Of a DNA stretch of 64,000 nucleotides, positions 10,887 to 21,379 are shown piece by piece; the first letter of the stretch is position 1; the number at the start of each line of letters is the position of its first letter. The position numbers and the translations under genes were made by a program. The stretch lies in the NCBI RefSeq assembly GCF_013122565.1, contig NZ_CP053258.1. The stretch is one strand, 5' to 3'. The DNA comes from Escherichia coli. Lineage in GTDB: Bacteria > Pseudomonadota > Gammaproteobacteria > Enterobacterales > Enterobacteriaceae. Under the pieces are notes generated by a model that had not been told where the DNA came from, made no database searches, and was given only the letters and a program-made list of their open reading frames with translations.

Positions 10887-13259
10887 ATGAAGCGAGTTCT
10901 TATTCCTGGCGTCATTTTATGTGGCGCTGATGTGGCGCAGGCCGTCGATGACAAAAACATGTACATGCATTTTTTTGAAGAGATGACGGTCTATGCTCCT
11001 GTCCCTGTACCCGTAAACGGCAACACGCATTACACCAGTGAAAGCATCGAGCGTTTACCGACCGGGAATGGCAATATCAGCGATCTGCTGAGAACCAACC
11101 CTGCGGTACGCATGGATTCAACACAAAGTACCTCGTTGAACCAGGGAGATATTCGCCCTGAGAAAATCTCTATTCACGGTGCGTCGCCCTACCAGAATGC
11201 CTATTTGATTGACGGTATTAGTGCAACTAATAACCTGAACCCCGCGAATGAGTCCGATGCCAGTAGTGCAACCAATATTAGCGGGATGTCACAGGGGTAT
11301 TATCTTGATGTCAGCTTACTGGACAATGTGACGCTTTATGACAGTTTTGTGCCGGTTGAATTTGGTCGCTTCAATGGCGGGGTAATTGATGCAAAGATCA
11401 AACGCTTCAACGCTGATGATAGCAGCGTGAAACTGGGTTACCGCACTACGCGTTCGGACTGGTTAACATCGCATATCGATGAGAATAACAAGAGCGCATT
11501 TAATCAAGGTTCTTCAGGAAGTACTTATTTCTCTCCAGATTTTAAAAAGAACTTTTATACCTTGTCGTTTAATCAGGAACTCGCTGATAACTTTGGCGTT
11601 ACCGCCGGTTTATCGCGCCGCCAGTCTGATATCACCCGCGCGGATTATGTTTCGAATGACGGCATTGTCGCCGGTCGGGCACAATATAAAAACGTTATCG
11701 ATACCGCTTTGAGCAAATTTACCTGGTTTGCCAGCGACCGCTTTACCCACGATTTAACCTTAAAATATACCGGCTCCAGTCGTGATTATAATACCAGCAC
11801 CTTCCCGCAGTCTGATCGCGAAATGGGTAATAAATCCTATGGTCTGGCATGGGATACGGATACGCAGCTCGCATGGGCTAAACTGCGTACCACCGTTGGT
11901 TGGGATCATATTAGTGATTATACCCGTCACGATCATGACATCTGGTACACCGAACTTTCATGTACATATGGTGAAATTACAGGGCGTTGCACCCGTGGCG
12001 GATTAGGACACATTTCCCAGGCTGTAGATAATTACACCTTCAAAACACGCCTGGACTGGCAAAAATTCACCGTGGGTAATGTTTCGCATCAACCCTACTT
12101 CGGCGCGGAATACATCTATTCCGATGCATGGACTGAACGCCATAACCAGTCTGAATCCTATGTGATTAATGCTGCCGGAAAGAAAACTAACCATACCATT
12201 TACCATAAAGGTAAAGGCAGCCTGGAAATTGACAACTACACGCTGTATATGGCGGATCGCATTAGCTGGCGTAATGTGTCATTAATGCCCGGCGTGCGGT
12301 ATGACTATGACAACTATCTGTCAAACCACAATATCTCCCCGCGCTTTATGACGGAATGGGATATTTTTGCTGATCAAACCTCAATGATTACCGCAGGTTA
12401 TAACCGTTACTATGGCGGGAATATTCTTGATATGGGATTACGTGATATCCGCAATAGCTGGACGGAATCGGTATCAGGCAATAAAACCCTGACGCGTTAT
12501 CAGGATTTGAAAACGCCTTATAACGATGAACTGGCAATGGGGTTGCAGCAGAAAATCGGTAAGAACGTTATTGCGCGTGCAAACTATGTTTATCGTGAAG
12601 CGCATGATCAAATCAGTAAAAGCAGTCGTACCGACAGCGCGACTAAAACCACCATTACTGAATATAACAACGACGGCAAAACCAAAACGCATTCGTTTAA
12701 CCTCAGTTTTGAGCTGGCCGAACCCCTGCATATCCGCCAGGTAGATATTAACCCACAAATTGTCTTTAGCTATATCAAGAGCAAGGGCAACTTGTCGTTA
12801 AACAATGGTTATGAGGAGAGCAATACCGGTGATAACCAGGTGGTTTATAACGGTAATCTTGTCTCTTACGATAGCGTTCCAGTGGCAGATTTTAATAACC
12901 CATTAAAGATCTCCTTAAACATGGATTTCACGCATCAACCGAGCGGGTTGGTGTGGGCGAATACGCTGGCCTGGCAAGAAGCGCGTAAAGCTCGCATTAT
13001 CCTTGGTAAGACAAATGCGCAATACATCAGCGAATATTCAGATTACAAGCAGTATGTTGACGAAAAACTGGATAGCAGCCTGACCTGGGACACCCGCTTG
13101 TCCTGGACGCCACAATTTCTGAAACAACAAAACCTGACGATCAGTGCCGATATTCTCAATGTACTGGATAGCAAAACCGCTGTTGATACAACGAATACCG
13201 GTGTGGCGACCTACGCCAGTGGCCGTACTTTCTGGCTTGATGTCAGCATGAAATTTTAA
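10887..13259 (+). CDS. yddB: TonB-dependent receptor-like outer-membrane protein YddB, 790 aa
   Basis: RBS acggag; signal peptide; plug/barrel-like sequence ending in aromatic C-terminal residue (…VSMKF). Confidence 0.9.
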   Translation: MKRVLIPGVILCGADVAQAVDDKNMYMHFFEEMTVYAPVPVPVNGNTHYTSESIERLPTGNGNISDLLRTNPAVRMDSTQSTSLNQGDIRPEKISIHGASPYQNAYLIDGISATNNLNPANESDASSATNISGMSQGYYLDVSLLDNVTLYDSFVPVEFGRFNGGVIDAKIKRFNADDSSVKLGYRTTRSDWLTSHIDENNKSAFNQGSSGSTYFSPDFKKNFYTLSFNQELADNFGVTAGLSRRQSDITRADYVSNDGIVAGRAQYKNVIDTALSKFTWFASDRFTHDLTLKYTGSSRDYNTSTFPQSDREMGNKSYGLAWDTDTQLAWAKLRTTVGWDHISDYTRHDHDIWYTELSCTYGEITGRCTRGGLGHISQAVDNYTFKTRLDWQKFTVGNVSHQPYFGAEYIYSDAWTERHNQSESYVINAAGKKTNHTIYHKGKGSLEIDNYTLYMADRISWRNVSLMPGVRYDYDNYLSNHNISPRFMTEWDIFADQTSMITAGYNRYYGGNILDMGLRDIRNSWTESVSGNKTLTRYQDLKTPYNDELAMGLQQKIGKNVIARANYVYREAHDQISKSSRTDSATKTTITEYNNDGKTKTHSFNLSFELAEPLHIRQVDINPQIVFSYIKSKGNLSLNNGYEESNTGDNQVVYNGNLVSYDSVPVADFNNPLKISLNMDFTHQPSGLVWANTLAWQEARKARIILGKTNAQYISEYSDYKQYVDEKLDSSLTWDTRLSWTPQFLKQQNLTISADILNVLDSKTAVDTTNTGVATYASGRTFWLDVSMKF

Positions 13260-13278
13260 TAGTTCGGATTTTACTTAA

Positions 13279-13300
13279 CCGGGTAAATTCGCCCGGTTTT
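13279..13300 (+). terminator. Short hairpin plus T4 between yddB and pqqL (possible attenuator)
   Basis: ccggg / taaattcg / cccgg tttt, ending 4 nt before the pqqL ATG. Confidence 0.4.
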
Positions 13301-13303
13301 CGC

Positions 13304-16099
13304 ATGGAGATAATTATGAGAAACCTCTGTTTCTTACTGACGTTAGTGGCAACTCTGTTGCTCCCCGGGCGGCTGATTGCCGCCGCCTTACCGCAGGATG
13401 AAAAGTTAATTACCGGACAACTGGACAATGGCTTGCGATATATGATTTATCCGCATGCTCAACCAAAGGATCAGGTAAATTTATGGCTGCAAATTCATAC
13501 CGGTTCATTGCAGGAAGAAGACAATGAGCGCGGCGTGGCTCATTTTGTAGAACATATGATGTTTAACGGCACAAAAACATGGCCGGGTAATAAAGTCATC
13601 GAAACATTTGAGTCAATGGGCCTGCGTTTTGGTCGCGATGTTAATGCCTATACCAGCTATGACGAAACGGTGTATCAGGTGAGTTTGCCGACTACGCAGA
13701 AACAAAATCTGCAACAAGTGATGGCAATCTTCAGTGAATGGAGTAATGCCGCAACCTTTGAAAAACTCGAAGTAGACGCTGAACGTGGAGTAATTACTGA
13801 GGAATGGCGTGCCCATCAGGATGCGAAATGGCGCACCTCTCAGGCGCGCCGCCCTTTCCTACTGGCTAATACCCGTAATTTAGACCGTGAACCTATCGGC
13901 CTGATGGATACTGTCGCCACGGTCACACCGGCACAATTGCGCCAATTTTATCAACGCTGGTATCAACCAAATAATATGACCTTTATCGTGGTCGGCGATA
14001 TCGACAGTAAAGAAGCGCTGGCGCTGATAAAGGATAATTTAAGTAAGCTTCCAGCTAACAAAGCAGCTGAAAATCGCGTCTGGCCGACAAAAGCCGAAAA
14101 TCACCTGCGCTTTAATATCATTAATGATAAAGAAAACCGGGTGAACGGCATCGCACTCTATTATCGCCTGCCAATGGTACAAGTGAACGATGAGCAAAGC
14201 TTTATCGAACAAGCTGAATGGAGCATGTTAGTTCAGCTGTTCAATCAACGTCTGCAGGAACGCATACAGTCGGGCGAGTTGAAGACTATTTCTGGCGGCA
14301 CTGCGCGCAGCGTTAGAATTGCACCCGATTATCAGTCGCTGTTTTTCCGTGTAAATGCACGAGACGATAATATGCAGGATGCTGCGAATGCATTAATGGC
14401 AGAGTTGGCAACCATTGATCAGCATGGTTTTTCTGCTGAAGAACTCGATGATGTCAAATCTACCCGCCTCACCTGGCTGAAAAATGCGGTTGATCAGCAA
14501 GCTGAACGTGATTTACGTATGCTGACCAGTCGCCTGGCATCCAGCTCATTAAATAATACGCCGTTCTTGTCGCCGGAAGAGACATATCAACTTTCGAAAC
14601 GTCTGTGGCAGCAAATTACCGTGCAAAGTCTGGCGGAAAAATGGCAGCAGTTAAGAAAGAACCAGGACGCATTTTGGGAGCAAATGGTAAACAATGAGCT
14701 TGCCGCCAAAAAAGCATTGTCTCCTGCGGCTATCCTGGCGCTGGAAAAAGAGTACGCCAACAAAAAGCTGGCGGCTTACATCTTCCCAGGCAGAAATTTA
14801 TCGTTAACAGTAGACGCTGACCCACAGGCGGAAATTAGCAGCAAAGAAACGCTGGCTGAGAATCTGACATCATTAACACTTTCCAATGGTGCCAGGGTTA
14901 TTCTGGCAAAATCCGCGGGTGAAGAGCAAAAGCTACAAATTATTGCCGTATCGAATAAAGGCGATTTAAGTTTCCCTGCGCAGCAAAAATCACTTATCGC
15001 GCTGGCAAATAAAGCAGTTAGCGGAAGCGGCGTTGGCGAACTCTCCTCTTCCAGCCTGAAACGCTGGAGTGCGGAAAACTCGGTAACCATGAGCAGTAAA
15101 GTCAGTGGCATGAATACGTTGCTCTCCGTTAGCGCGCGGACTAATAACCCTGAACCTGGTTTTCAGTTGATTAACCAGCGAATCACCCACAGCACGATTA
15201 ACGACAATATTTGGGCATCGCTACAAAATGCTCAAATTCAGGCGTTGAAAACGCTCGACCAGCGTCCAGCGGAGAAATTCGCCCAGCAGATGTATGAGAC
15301 GCGCTATGCTGATGACCGCACGAAATTACTGCAAGAAAATCAGATTGCACAGTTTACTGCCGCAGATGCGCTGGCTGCCGATCGCCAGTTGTTTTCATCT
15401 CCAGCGGATATCACGTTTGTCATTGTAGGTAATGTCGCAGAAGACAAACTCGTGGCGTTAATTACGCGTTACTTAGGATCAATCAAACACTCTGATTCGC
15501 CATTAGCCGCAGGTAAACCATTAACTCGCGCGATGGACAACGCATCGGTTACTGTAAAAGAACAAAATGAACCTGTGGCACAGGTTTCACAGTGGAAGCG
15601 TTATGATTCCCGGACACCTGTTAATCTGGCGACGCGTATGGCGCTCGATGCTTTTAACGTCGCACTGGCAAAAGATCTACGCGTTAATATTCGTGAACAG
15701 GCATCTGGGGCATACAGCGTTTCTTCTCGCCTCTCGGTTGATCCTCAGGCTAAAGATATCAGTCATTTGCTGGCTTTTACTTGTCAACCAGAACGACATG
15801 ATGAACTGTTAACGTTAGCGAATGAAGTGATGGTTAAGCATTTGACTAAAGGGATCAGTGAGCAAGAACTGAACGAATACCAGCAAAACTTTCAGCGCAG
15901 CCTCGATATCCAACAGCGTAGCGTTCAACAATTAGCGAACACTATTGTAAATAGTCTTATTCAATATGACGATCCTGCAGCATGGACTGAGCAGGAGCAA
16001 TTGTTGAAACAAATGACGGTAGAGAATGTTAACACTGTCGTTAAACAATATCTTTCTCATCCGGTAAATACTTATACCGGAGTATTATTGCCAAAATAA
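13304..16099 (+). CDS. pqqL: Periplasmic M16 zinc metalloprotease PqqL, 931 aa
   Basis: Signal peptide; inverted zinc-binding motif HFVEH (M16 family HxxEH); tandem M16 domains. Confidence 0.92.
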   Translation: MEIIMRNLCFLLTLVATLLLPGRLIAAALPQDEKLITGQLDNGLRYMIYPHAQPKDQVNLWLQIHTGSLQEEDNERGVAHFVEHMMFNGTKTWPGNKVIETFESMGLRFGRDVNAYTSYDETVYQVSLPTTQKQNLQQVMAIFSEWSNAATFEKLEVDAERGVITEEWRAHQDAKWRTSQARRPFLLANTRNLDREPIGLMDTVATVTPAQLRQFYQRWYQPNNMTFIVVGDIDSKEALALIKDNLSKLPANKAAENRVWPTKAENHLRFNIINDKENRVNGIALYYRLPMVQVNDEQSFIEQAEWSMLVQLFNQRLQERIQSGELKTISGGTARSVRIAPDYQSLFFRVNARDDNMQDAANALMAELATIDQHGFSAEELDDVKSTRLTWLKNAVDQQAERDLRMLTSRLASSSLNNTPFLSPEETYQLSKRLWQQITVQSLAEKWQQLRKNQDAFWEQMVNNELAAKKALSPAAILALEKEYANKKLAAYIFPGRNLSLTVDADPQAEISSKETLAENLTSLTLSNGARVILAKSAGEEQKLQIIAVSNKGDLSFPAQQKSLIALANKAVSGSGVGELSSSSLKRWSAENSVTMSSKVSGMNTLLSVSARTNNPEPGFQLINQRITHSTINDNIWASLQNAQIQALKTLDQRPAEKFAQQMYETRYADDRTKLLQENQIAQFTAADALAADRQLFSSPADITFVIVGNVAEDKLVALITRYLGSIKHSDSPLAAGKPLTRAMDNASVTVKEQNEPVAQVSQWKRYDSRTPVNLATRMALDAFNVALAKDLRVNIREQASGAYSVSSRLSVDPQAKDISHLLAFTCQPERHDELLTLANEVMVKHLTKGISEQELNEYQQNFQRSLDIQQRSVQQLANTIVNSLIQYDDPAAWTEQEQLLKQMTVENVNTVVKQYLSHPVNTYTGVLLPK

Positions 16100-16105
16100 T
16101 AACAG

Positions 16106-16135
16106 CCCCGTCAACACATCGTTGGCGGGGATTTT
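16106..16135 (+). terminator. Rho-independent terminator after pqqL
   Basis: ccccgtcaac / acatc / gttggcgggg followed by atttt. Confidence 0.65.
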
Positions 16136-16361
16136 AGCAATATTCGCTATTTTTATGTAATAATTTTATAAATGCGTTCAAAATAATAACCAAGTACTAA
16201 TAGTGATATTTTAAGGTCTGATTTTTACGTGATAATTCAGGAGACACAAAAAGCGCATAAAAATAACAACATAAAACACCTTACCACCACCCAAGAATTC
16301 TCTATTGCATTGTTTTTTAATGGAAAAATATTATTCTAACAATATCTCACGATAAATAACA

Positions 16362-16381
16362 TTAGGATTTTGTTATTTAAA
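16362..16381 (+). promoter_or_regulatory. GAD box (GadX/GadW/GadE-type 20-bp element) of the gadB promoter
   Basis: Exact TTAGGATTTTGTTATTTAAA, about 80 bp upstream of the gadB ATG. Confidence 0.8.
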
Positions 16382-16460
16382 CCCGAGTCCTTTGCACTTG
16401 CTTACTTTATCGATAAATCCTACTTTTTTAATGCGATCCAATCATTTTAAGGAGTTTAAA

Positions 16461-17861
16461 ATGGATAAGAAGCAAGTAACGGATTTAAGGTCGGAACTAC
16501 TCGATTCACGTTTTGGTGCGAAGTCTATTTCCACTATCGCAGAATCAAAACGTTTTCCGCTGCACGAAATGCGCGACGATGTCGCATTTCAGATTATCAA
16601 TGACGAATTATATCTTGATGGCAACGCTCGTCAGAACCTGGCCACTTTCTGCCAGACCTGGGACGACGAAAATGTCCACAAGTTGATGGATTTATCCATT
16701 AACAAAAACTGGATCGACAAAGAAGAATATCCGCAATCTGCAGCCATCGACCTGCGTTGCGTAAACATGGTTGCCGATCTGTGGCATGCGCCTGCGCCGA
16801 AAAATGGTCAGGCCGTTGGCACCAACACCATTGGTTCTTCCGAGGCCTGTATGCTCGGCGGGATGGCGATGAAATGGCGTTGGCGCAAGCGTATGGAAGC
16901 TGCAGGCAAACCAACGGATAAACCAAACCTGGTGTGCGGTCCGGTGCAAATCTGCTGGCATAAATTCGCCCGCTACTGGGATGTGGAGCTGCGTGAGATC
17001 CCTATGCGCCCCGGTCAGTTGTTTATGGACCCGAAACGCATGATTGAAGCCTGCGACGAAAACACCATCGGCGTGGTGCCGACTTTCGGCGTGACCTACA
17101 CCGGTAACTATGAGTTCCCGCAACCGCTGCACGATGCGCTGGATAAATTCCAGGCCGACACCGGTATCGACATCGACATGCACATCGACGCCGCCAGCGG
17201 TGGCTTTCTGGCACCGTTCGTCGCCCCGGATATCGTCTGGGACTTCCGCCTGCCGCGGGTGAAATCGATCAGTGCTTCAGGCCACAAATTCGGTCTGGCT
17301 CCGCTGGGCTGCGGCTGGGTTATCTGGCGTGACGAAGAAGCACTGCCGCAGGAACTGGTGTTCAACGTTGACTACCTGGGTGGTCAGATTGGTACTTTCG
17401 CCATCAACTTCTCCCGCCCGGCAGGTCAGGTAATTGCACAGTACTATGAATTCCTGCGCCTCGGTCGTGAAGGCTATACCAAAGTACAGAACGCCTCTTA
17501 CCAGGTTGCCGCTTATCTGGCGGATGAAATCGCCAAACTGGGGCCGTATGAGTTCATCTGTACGGGTCGCCCGGACGAAGGCATCCCGGCGGTTTGCTTC
17601 AAACTGAAAGATGGTGAAGATCCGGGATACACCCTGTACGACCTCTCTGAACGTCTGCGTCTGCGCGGCTGGCAGGTTCCGGCCTTCACTCTCGGCGGTG
17701 AAGCCACCGACATCGTGGTGATGCGCATTATGTGTCGTCGCGGCTTCGAAATGGACTTTGCTGAACTGTTGCTGGAAGACTACAAAGCCTCCCTGAAATA
17801 TCTCAGCGATCACCCGAAACTGCAGGGTATTGCCCATCAGAACAGCTTTAAACATACCTGA
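16461..17861 (+). CDS. gadB: Glutamate decarboxylase beta, 466 aa
   Basis: ATG at 16461 with aaggag RBS (track ORF extends 23 codons upstream); [19 protein letters not shown]...; PLP-binding region [10 protein letters not shown]. Confidence 0.97.
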   Translation: MDKKQVTDLRSELLDSRFGAKSISTIAESKRFPLHEMRDDVAFQIINDELYLDGNARQNLATFCQTWDDENVHKLMDLSINKNWIDKEEYPQSAAIDLRCVNMVADLWHAPAPKNGQAVGTNTIGSSEACMLGGMAMKWRWRKRMEAAGKPTDKPNLVCGPVQICWHKFARYWDVELREIPMRPGQLFMDPKRMIEACDENTIGVVPTFGVTYTGNYEFPQPLHDALDKFQADTGIDIDMHIDAASGGFLAPFVAPDIVWDFRLPRVKSISASGHKFGLAPLGCGWVIWRDEEALPQELVFNVDYLGGQIGTFAINFSRPAGQVIAQYYEFLRLGREGYTKVQNASYQVAAYLADEIAKLGPYEFICTGRPDEGIPAVCFKLKDGEDPGYTLYDLSERLRLRGWQVPAFTLGGEATDIVVMRIMCRRGFEMDFAELLLEDYKASLKYLSDHPKLQGIAHQNSFKHT

Positions 17862-17881
17862 TAACGTTTAACGGTAACGGT

Positions 17882-17907
17882 GTCCCGAAACGAACCCGTT
17901 TCGGGAC
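17882..17907 (+). other. 11-bp perfect inverted repeat in the gadB-gadC intergenic region
   Basis: gtcccgaaacg / aacc / cgtttcgggac; no strong T tract. Confidence 0.6.
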
Positions 17908-18016
17908 AATTTCCAAAGTCTGTTCACTGGCATTAGCAACGGAAAATATTGTTCTGAATACGCTTCAGAACAAAACAGGTGCGGTTCCGACAGGAATACC
18001 GTTTTAGGGGGATAAT

Positions 18017-19552
18017 ATGGCTACATCAGTACAGACAGGTAAAGCTAAGCAGCTCACATTACTCGGATTCTTTGCCATAACGGCATCGATGGTAATGGCT
18101 GTTTATGAATACCCTACCTTCGCAACATCGGGCTTTTCATTAGTCTTCTTCCTGCTATTAGGCGGGATTTTATGGTTTATTCCCGTGGGACTTTGTGCTG
18201 CGGAAATGGCCACCGTCGACGGCTGGGAAGAAGGTGGTGTCTTCGCCTGGGTATCAAATACTCTGGGGCCGAGATGGGGATTTGCAGCGATCTCATTTGG
18301 CTATCTGCAAATCGCCATTGGTTTTATTCCGATGCTCTATTTCGTGTTAGGGGCACTCTCCTACATCCTGAAATGGCCAGCGCTGAATGAAGACCCCATT
18401 ACCAAAACTATTGCAGCACTCATCATTCTTTGGGCGCTGGCATTAACGCAGTTTGGTGGCACGAAATACACGGCGCGAATTGCTAAAGTTGGCTTCTTCG
18501 CCGGTATCCTGTTACCTGCATTTATTTTGATCGCATTAGCCGCTATTTATCTGCACTCCGGTGCCCCCGTTGCTATCGAAATGGATGCGAAGACCTTCTT
18601 CCCTGACTTCTCTAAAGTGGGCACCCTGGTTGTATTTGTTGCCTTCATTTTGAGTTATATGGGCGTTGAAGCTTCCGCAACCCACGTCAATGAAATGAGC
18701 AATCCAGGGCGCGACTATCCACTGGCTATGTTACTGCTGATGGTGGCGGCAATCTGCTTAAGCTCTGTTGGCGGTTTGTCTATTGCGATGGTCATTCCGG
18801 GTAATGAAATCAACCTCTCCGCAGGTGTAATGCAAACCTTTACTGTTCTGATGTCCCATGTGGCACCGGAAATTGAGTGGACGGTTCGCGTAATCTCCGC
18901 ACTGCTGTTGCTGGGTGTTCTGGCGGAAATCGCCTCCTGGATTGTTGGTCCTTCTCGCGGGATGTATGTCACAGCGCAGAAAAACCTGCTGCCAGCAGCA
19001 TTCGCTAAAATGAACAAAAATGGCGTACCGGTAACGCTGGTCATTTCGCAGCTGGTGATTACTTCTATCGCGTTGATCATCCTCACCAATACCGGTGGCG
19101 GTAACAACATGTCCTTCCTGATCGCACTGGCGCTGACGGTGGTGATTTATCTGTGTGCTTATTTCATGCTGTTTATTGGCTACATTGTGTTGGTTCTTAA
19201 ACATCCTGACTTAAAACGCACATTTAATATCCCTGGTGGTAAAGGGGTGAAACTGGTCGTGGCTATTGTCGGTCTGCTGACTTCAATTATGGCGTTTATT
19301 GTTTCCTTCCTGCCGCCGGATAACATCCAGGGTGACTCTACTGATATGTATGTTGAATTACTGGTCGTTAGTTTCCTGGTGGTACTTGCCCTGCCCTTTA
19401 TTCTCTATGCTGTTCATGATCGTAAAGGCAAAGGGAATACCGGCGTTACTCTGGAGCCAATCAACAGTCAGAACGCACCAAAAGGTCACTTCTTCCTGCA
19501 CCCGCGTGCACGTTCACCACACTATATTGTGATGAATGACAAGAAACACTAA
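18017..19552 (+). CDS. gadC: Glutamate:GABA antiporter, 511 aa
   Basis: Multi-pass APC-family permease immediately downstream of gadB. Confidence 0.96.
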   Translation: MATSVQTGKAKQLTLLGFFAITASMVMAVYEYPTFATSGFSLVFFLLLGGILWFIPVGLCAAEMATVDGWEEGGVFAWVSNTLGPRWGFAAISFGYLQIAIGFIPMLYFVLGALSYILKWPALNEDPITKTIAALIILWALALTQFGGTKYTARIAKVGFFAGILLPAFILIALAAIYLHSGAPVAIEMDAKTFFPDFSKVGTLVVFVAFILSYMGVEASATHVNEMSNPGRDYPLAMLLLMVAAICLSSVGGLSIAMVIPGNEINLSAGVMQTFTVLMSHVAPEIEWTVRVISALLLLGVLAEIASWIVGPSRGMYVTAQKNLLPAAFAKMNKNGVPVTLVISQLVITSIALIILTNTGGGNNMSFLIALALTVVIYLCAYFMLFIGYIVLVLKHPDLKRTFNIPGGKGVKLVVAIVGLLTSIMAFIVSFLPPDNIQGDSTDMYVELLVVSFLVVLALPFILYAVHDRKGKGNTGVTLEPINSQNAPKGHFFLHPRARSPHYIVMNDKKH

Positions 19553-19577
19553 CCATGTCTGAATGGTTATAAGATAA

Positions 19578-19606
19578 GGGAGCGATAATTCATCGCTCCC
19601 TTTTTC
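19578..19606 (+). terminator. Rho-independent terminator after gadC
   Basis: gggagcgat / aattc / atcgctccc followed by ttttt. Confidence 0.8.
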
Positions 19607-19682
19607 GTGCTTGCTGTCGTATTGACTTAACCGGGATAAGTACGAGAATGAGCGCACATCTGTTTACCGGAAACCAGCACAT

Positions 19683-21002
19683 ATGGATATCTGCTCCCGA
19701 AACGAGAAATTAGCGATTAGAAGACCAGCGATACTGGTTGCACTGGCACTTTTACTGTGTAGTTGTAAAAGCACGCCTCCAGAGTCCATGGTGACACCAC
19801 CAGCGGGTTCAAAGCCACCAGCCACGACGCAACAATCGTCACAACCGATGCGTGGCATCTGGCTGGCCACGGTGTCTCGCCTCGACTGGCCACCGGTTTC
19901 CTCGGTTAACATTAGTAACCCCACCAGCCGGGCCCGTGTACAACAACAGGCGATGATCGACAAACTAGATCATCTGCAACGTCTCGGCATAAACACGGTC
20001 TTTTTCCAGGTCAAGCCAGACGGTACCGCCCTGTGGCCATCGAAAATTTTGCCGTGGTCCGATCTTATGACCGGTAAGATTGGTGAAAATCCGGGTTACG
20101 ATCCGCTGCAATTCATGCTCGACGAAGCCCACAAGCGTGGGATGAAAGTACACGCCTGGTTTAACCCCTATCGCGTATCGGTTAATACGAAGCCCGGTAC
20201 TATCAGGGAACTGAATAGCACCCTGTCTCAACAACCGGCGAGCGTCTATGTGCAACACCGCGACTGGATCAGAACGTCCGGCGATCGCTTTGTCCTCGAC
20301 CCGGGCATACCTGAGGTTCAGGACTGGATCACGTCAATAGTCGCAGAAGTGGTTTCCCGCTATCCGGTAGATGGCGTGCAGTTTGACGACTATTTCTATA
20401 CTGAGTCACCGGGTTCACGGCTAAATGATAACGAAACGTACCGCAAATACGGAGGCGCATTTGCGTCGAAAGCAGACTGGCGGCGCAACAATACTCAGCA
20501 GTTAATTGCAAAAGTATCGCACACCATTAAAAGCATTAAGCCGGGAGTCGAATTTGGCGTTAGCCCGGCAGGCGTGTGGCGTAACCGATCACACGATCCG
20601 CTCGGTTCCGATACCCGAGGCGCGGCAGCCTATGACGAATCCTACGCTGACACCCGTCGATGGGTGGAACAAGGATTGCTGGATTACATTGCTCCCCAAA
20701 TTTACTGGCCGTTCTCACGGAGTGCCGCGCGTTATGACGTGTTGGCAAAATGGTGGGCGGATGTCGTTAAACCGACCAGGACCCGCCTGTATATCGGTAT
20801 CGCCTTCTATAAAGTGGGTGAACCTTCAAAGATAGAGCCAGACTGGATGATTAACGGCGGCGTACCGGAACTGAAAAAGCAGCTCGATCTTAACGATGCG
20901 GTACCAGAAATTAGCGGCACAATCTTGTTCCGTGAGGACTATCTGAATAAACCGCAGACTCAACAAGCGGTCAGCTATCTGCAAAGTCGTTGGGGCAGTT
21001 AA
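19683..21002 (+). CDS. yddW: Lipoprotein, glycoside-hydrolase-like YddW, 439 aa
   Basis: Lipobox-like LLLCSC after signal peptide; length and position match YddW. Confidence 0.85.
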   Translation: MDICSRNEKLAIRRPAILVALALLLCSCKSTPPESMVTPPAGSKPPATTQQSSQPMRGIWLATVSRLDWPPVSSVNISNPTSRARVQQQAMIDKLDHLQRLGINTVFFQVKPDGTALWPSKILPWSDLMTGKIGENPGYDPLQFMLDEAHKRGMKVHAWFNPYRVSVNTKPGTIRELNSTLSQQPASVYVQHRDWIRTSGDRFVLDPGIPEVQDWITSIVAEVVSRYPVDGVQFDDYFYTESPGSRLNDNETYRKYGGAFASKADWRRNNTQQLIAKVSHTIKSIKPGVEFGVSPAGVWRNRSHDPLGSDTRGAAAYDESYADTRRWVEQGLLDYIAPQIYWPFSRSAARYDVLAKWWADVVKPTRTRLYIGIAFYKVGEPSKIEPDWMINGGVPELKKQLDLNDAVPEISGTILFREDYLNKPQTQQAVSYLQSRWGS

Positions 21003-21379
21003 ACTCCCATTTTTACTTTGTAACAAGCCGGTGCTTTACCCACTGGCTTGTTACCCTCTTGAACTATCCCACTAGTAATCATGCTTACTAAAGTCAAATT
21101 AACCACGCAATTAACCACACTTAGTTAAATAACCATAAATCCCCTAATAAAAATGTATGAATATGAAAAACCATACGATATTCGCTGTCACCGAAAAATA
21201 ATTACGATGGGCTATACTCTTCTGAAGAACAGTAGCGTAGATTGAAACTGTCCTAAGTCGCTTATTTCTTTTCAGTATATCTTCATATTTCAGGAGAATA
21301 TGGTGCAGTTAGTCGATCTCGCACGTTGCGTTTCGTTTTTGATTCCGTCTGATTTCCCAGCCTTATAAGGGTGTGAATT

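Noticed and set aside
16392-16460. N-terminal extensions of track ORFs (gadB here; also narZ 47834, maeA 32825, adhP 34652, ddpA 25901, dosP 22763, narU 46432, yddH 56603, ansP 61977, ydeN 5949)
   Set aside because: Extensions begin on upstream ATG/GTG/TTG codons without an RBS; internal ATGs with Shine-Dalgarno sequences give the known protein lengths.
16692-17855. Several minus-strand ORFs (163, 192, 85 aa and others)
   Set aside because: All antisense inside gadB; compositional artefacts.
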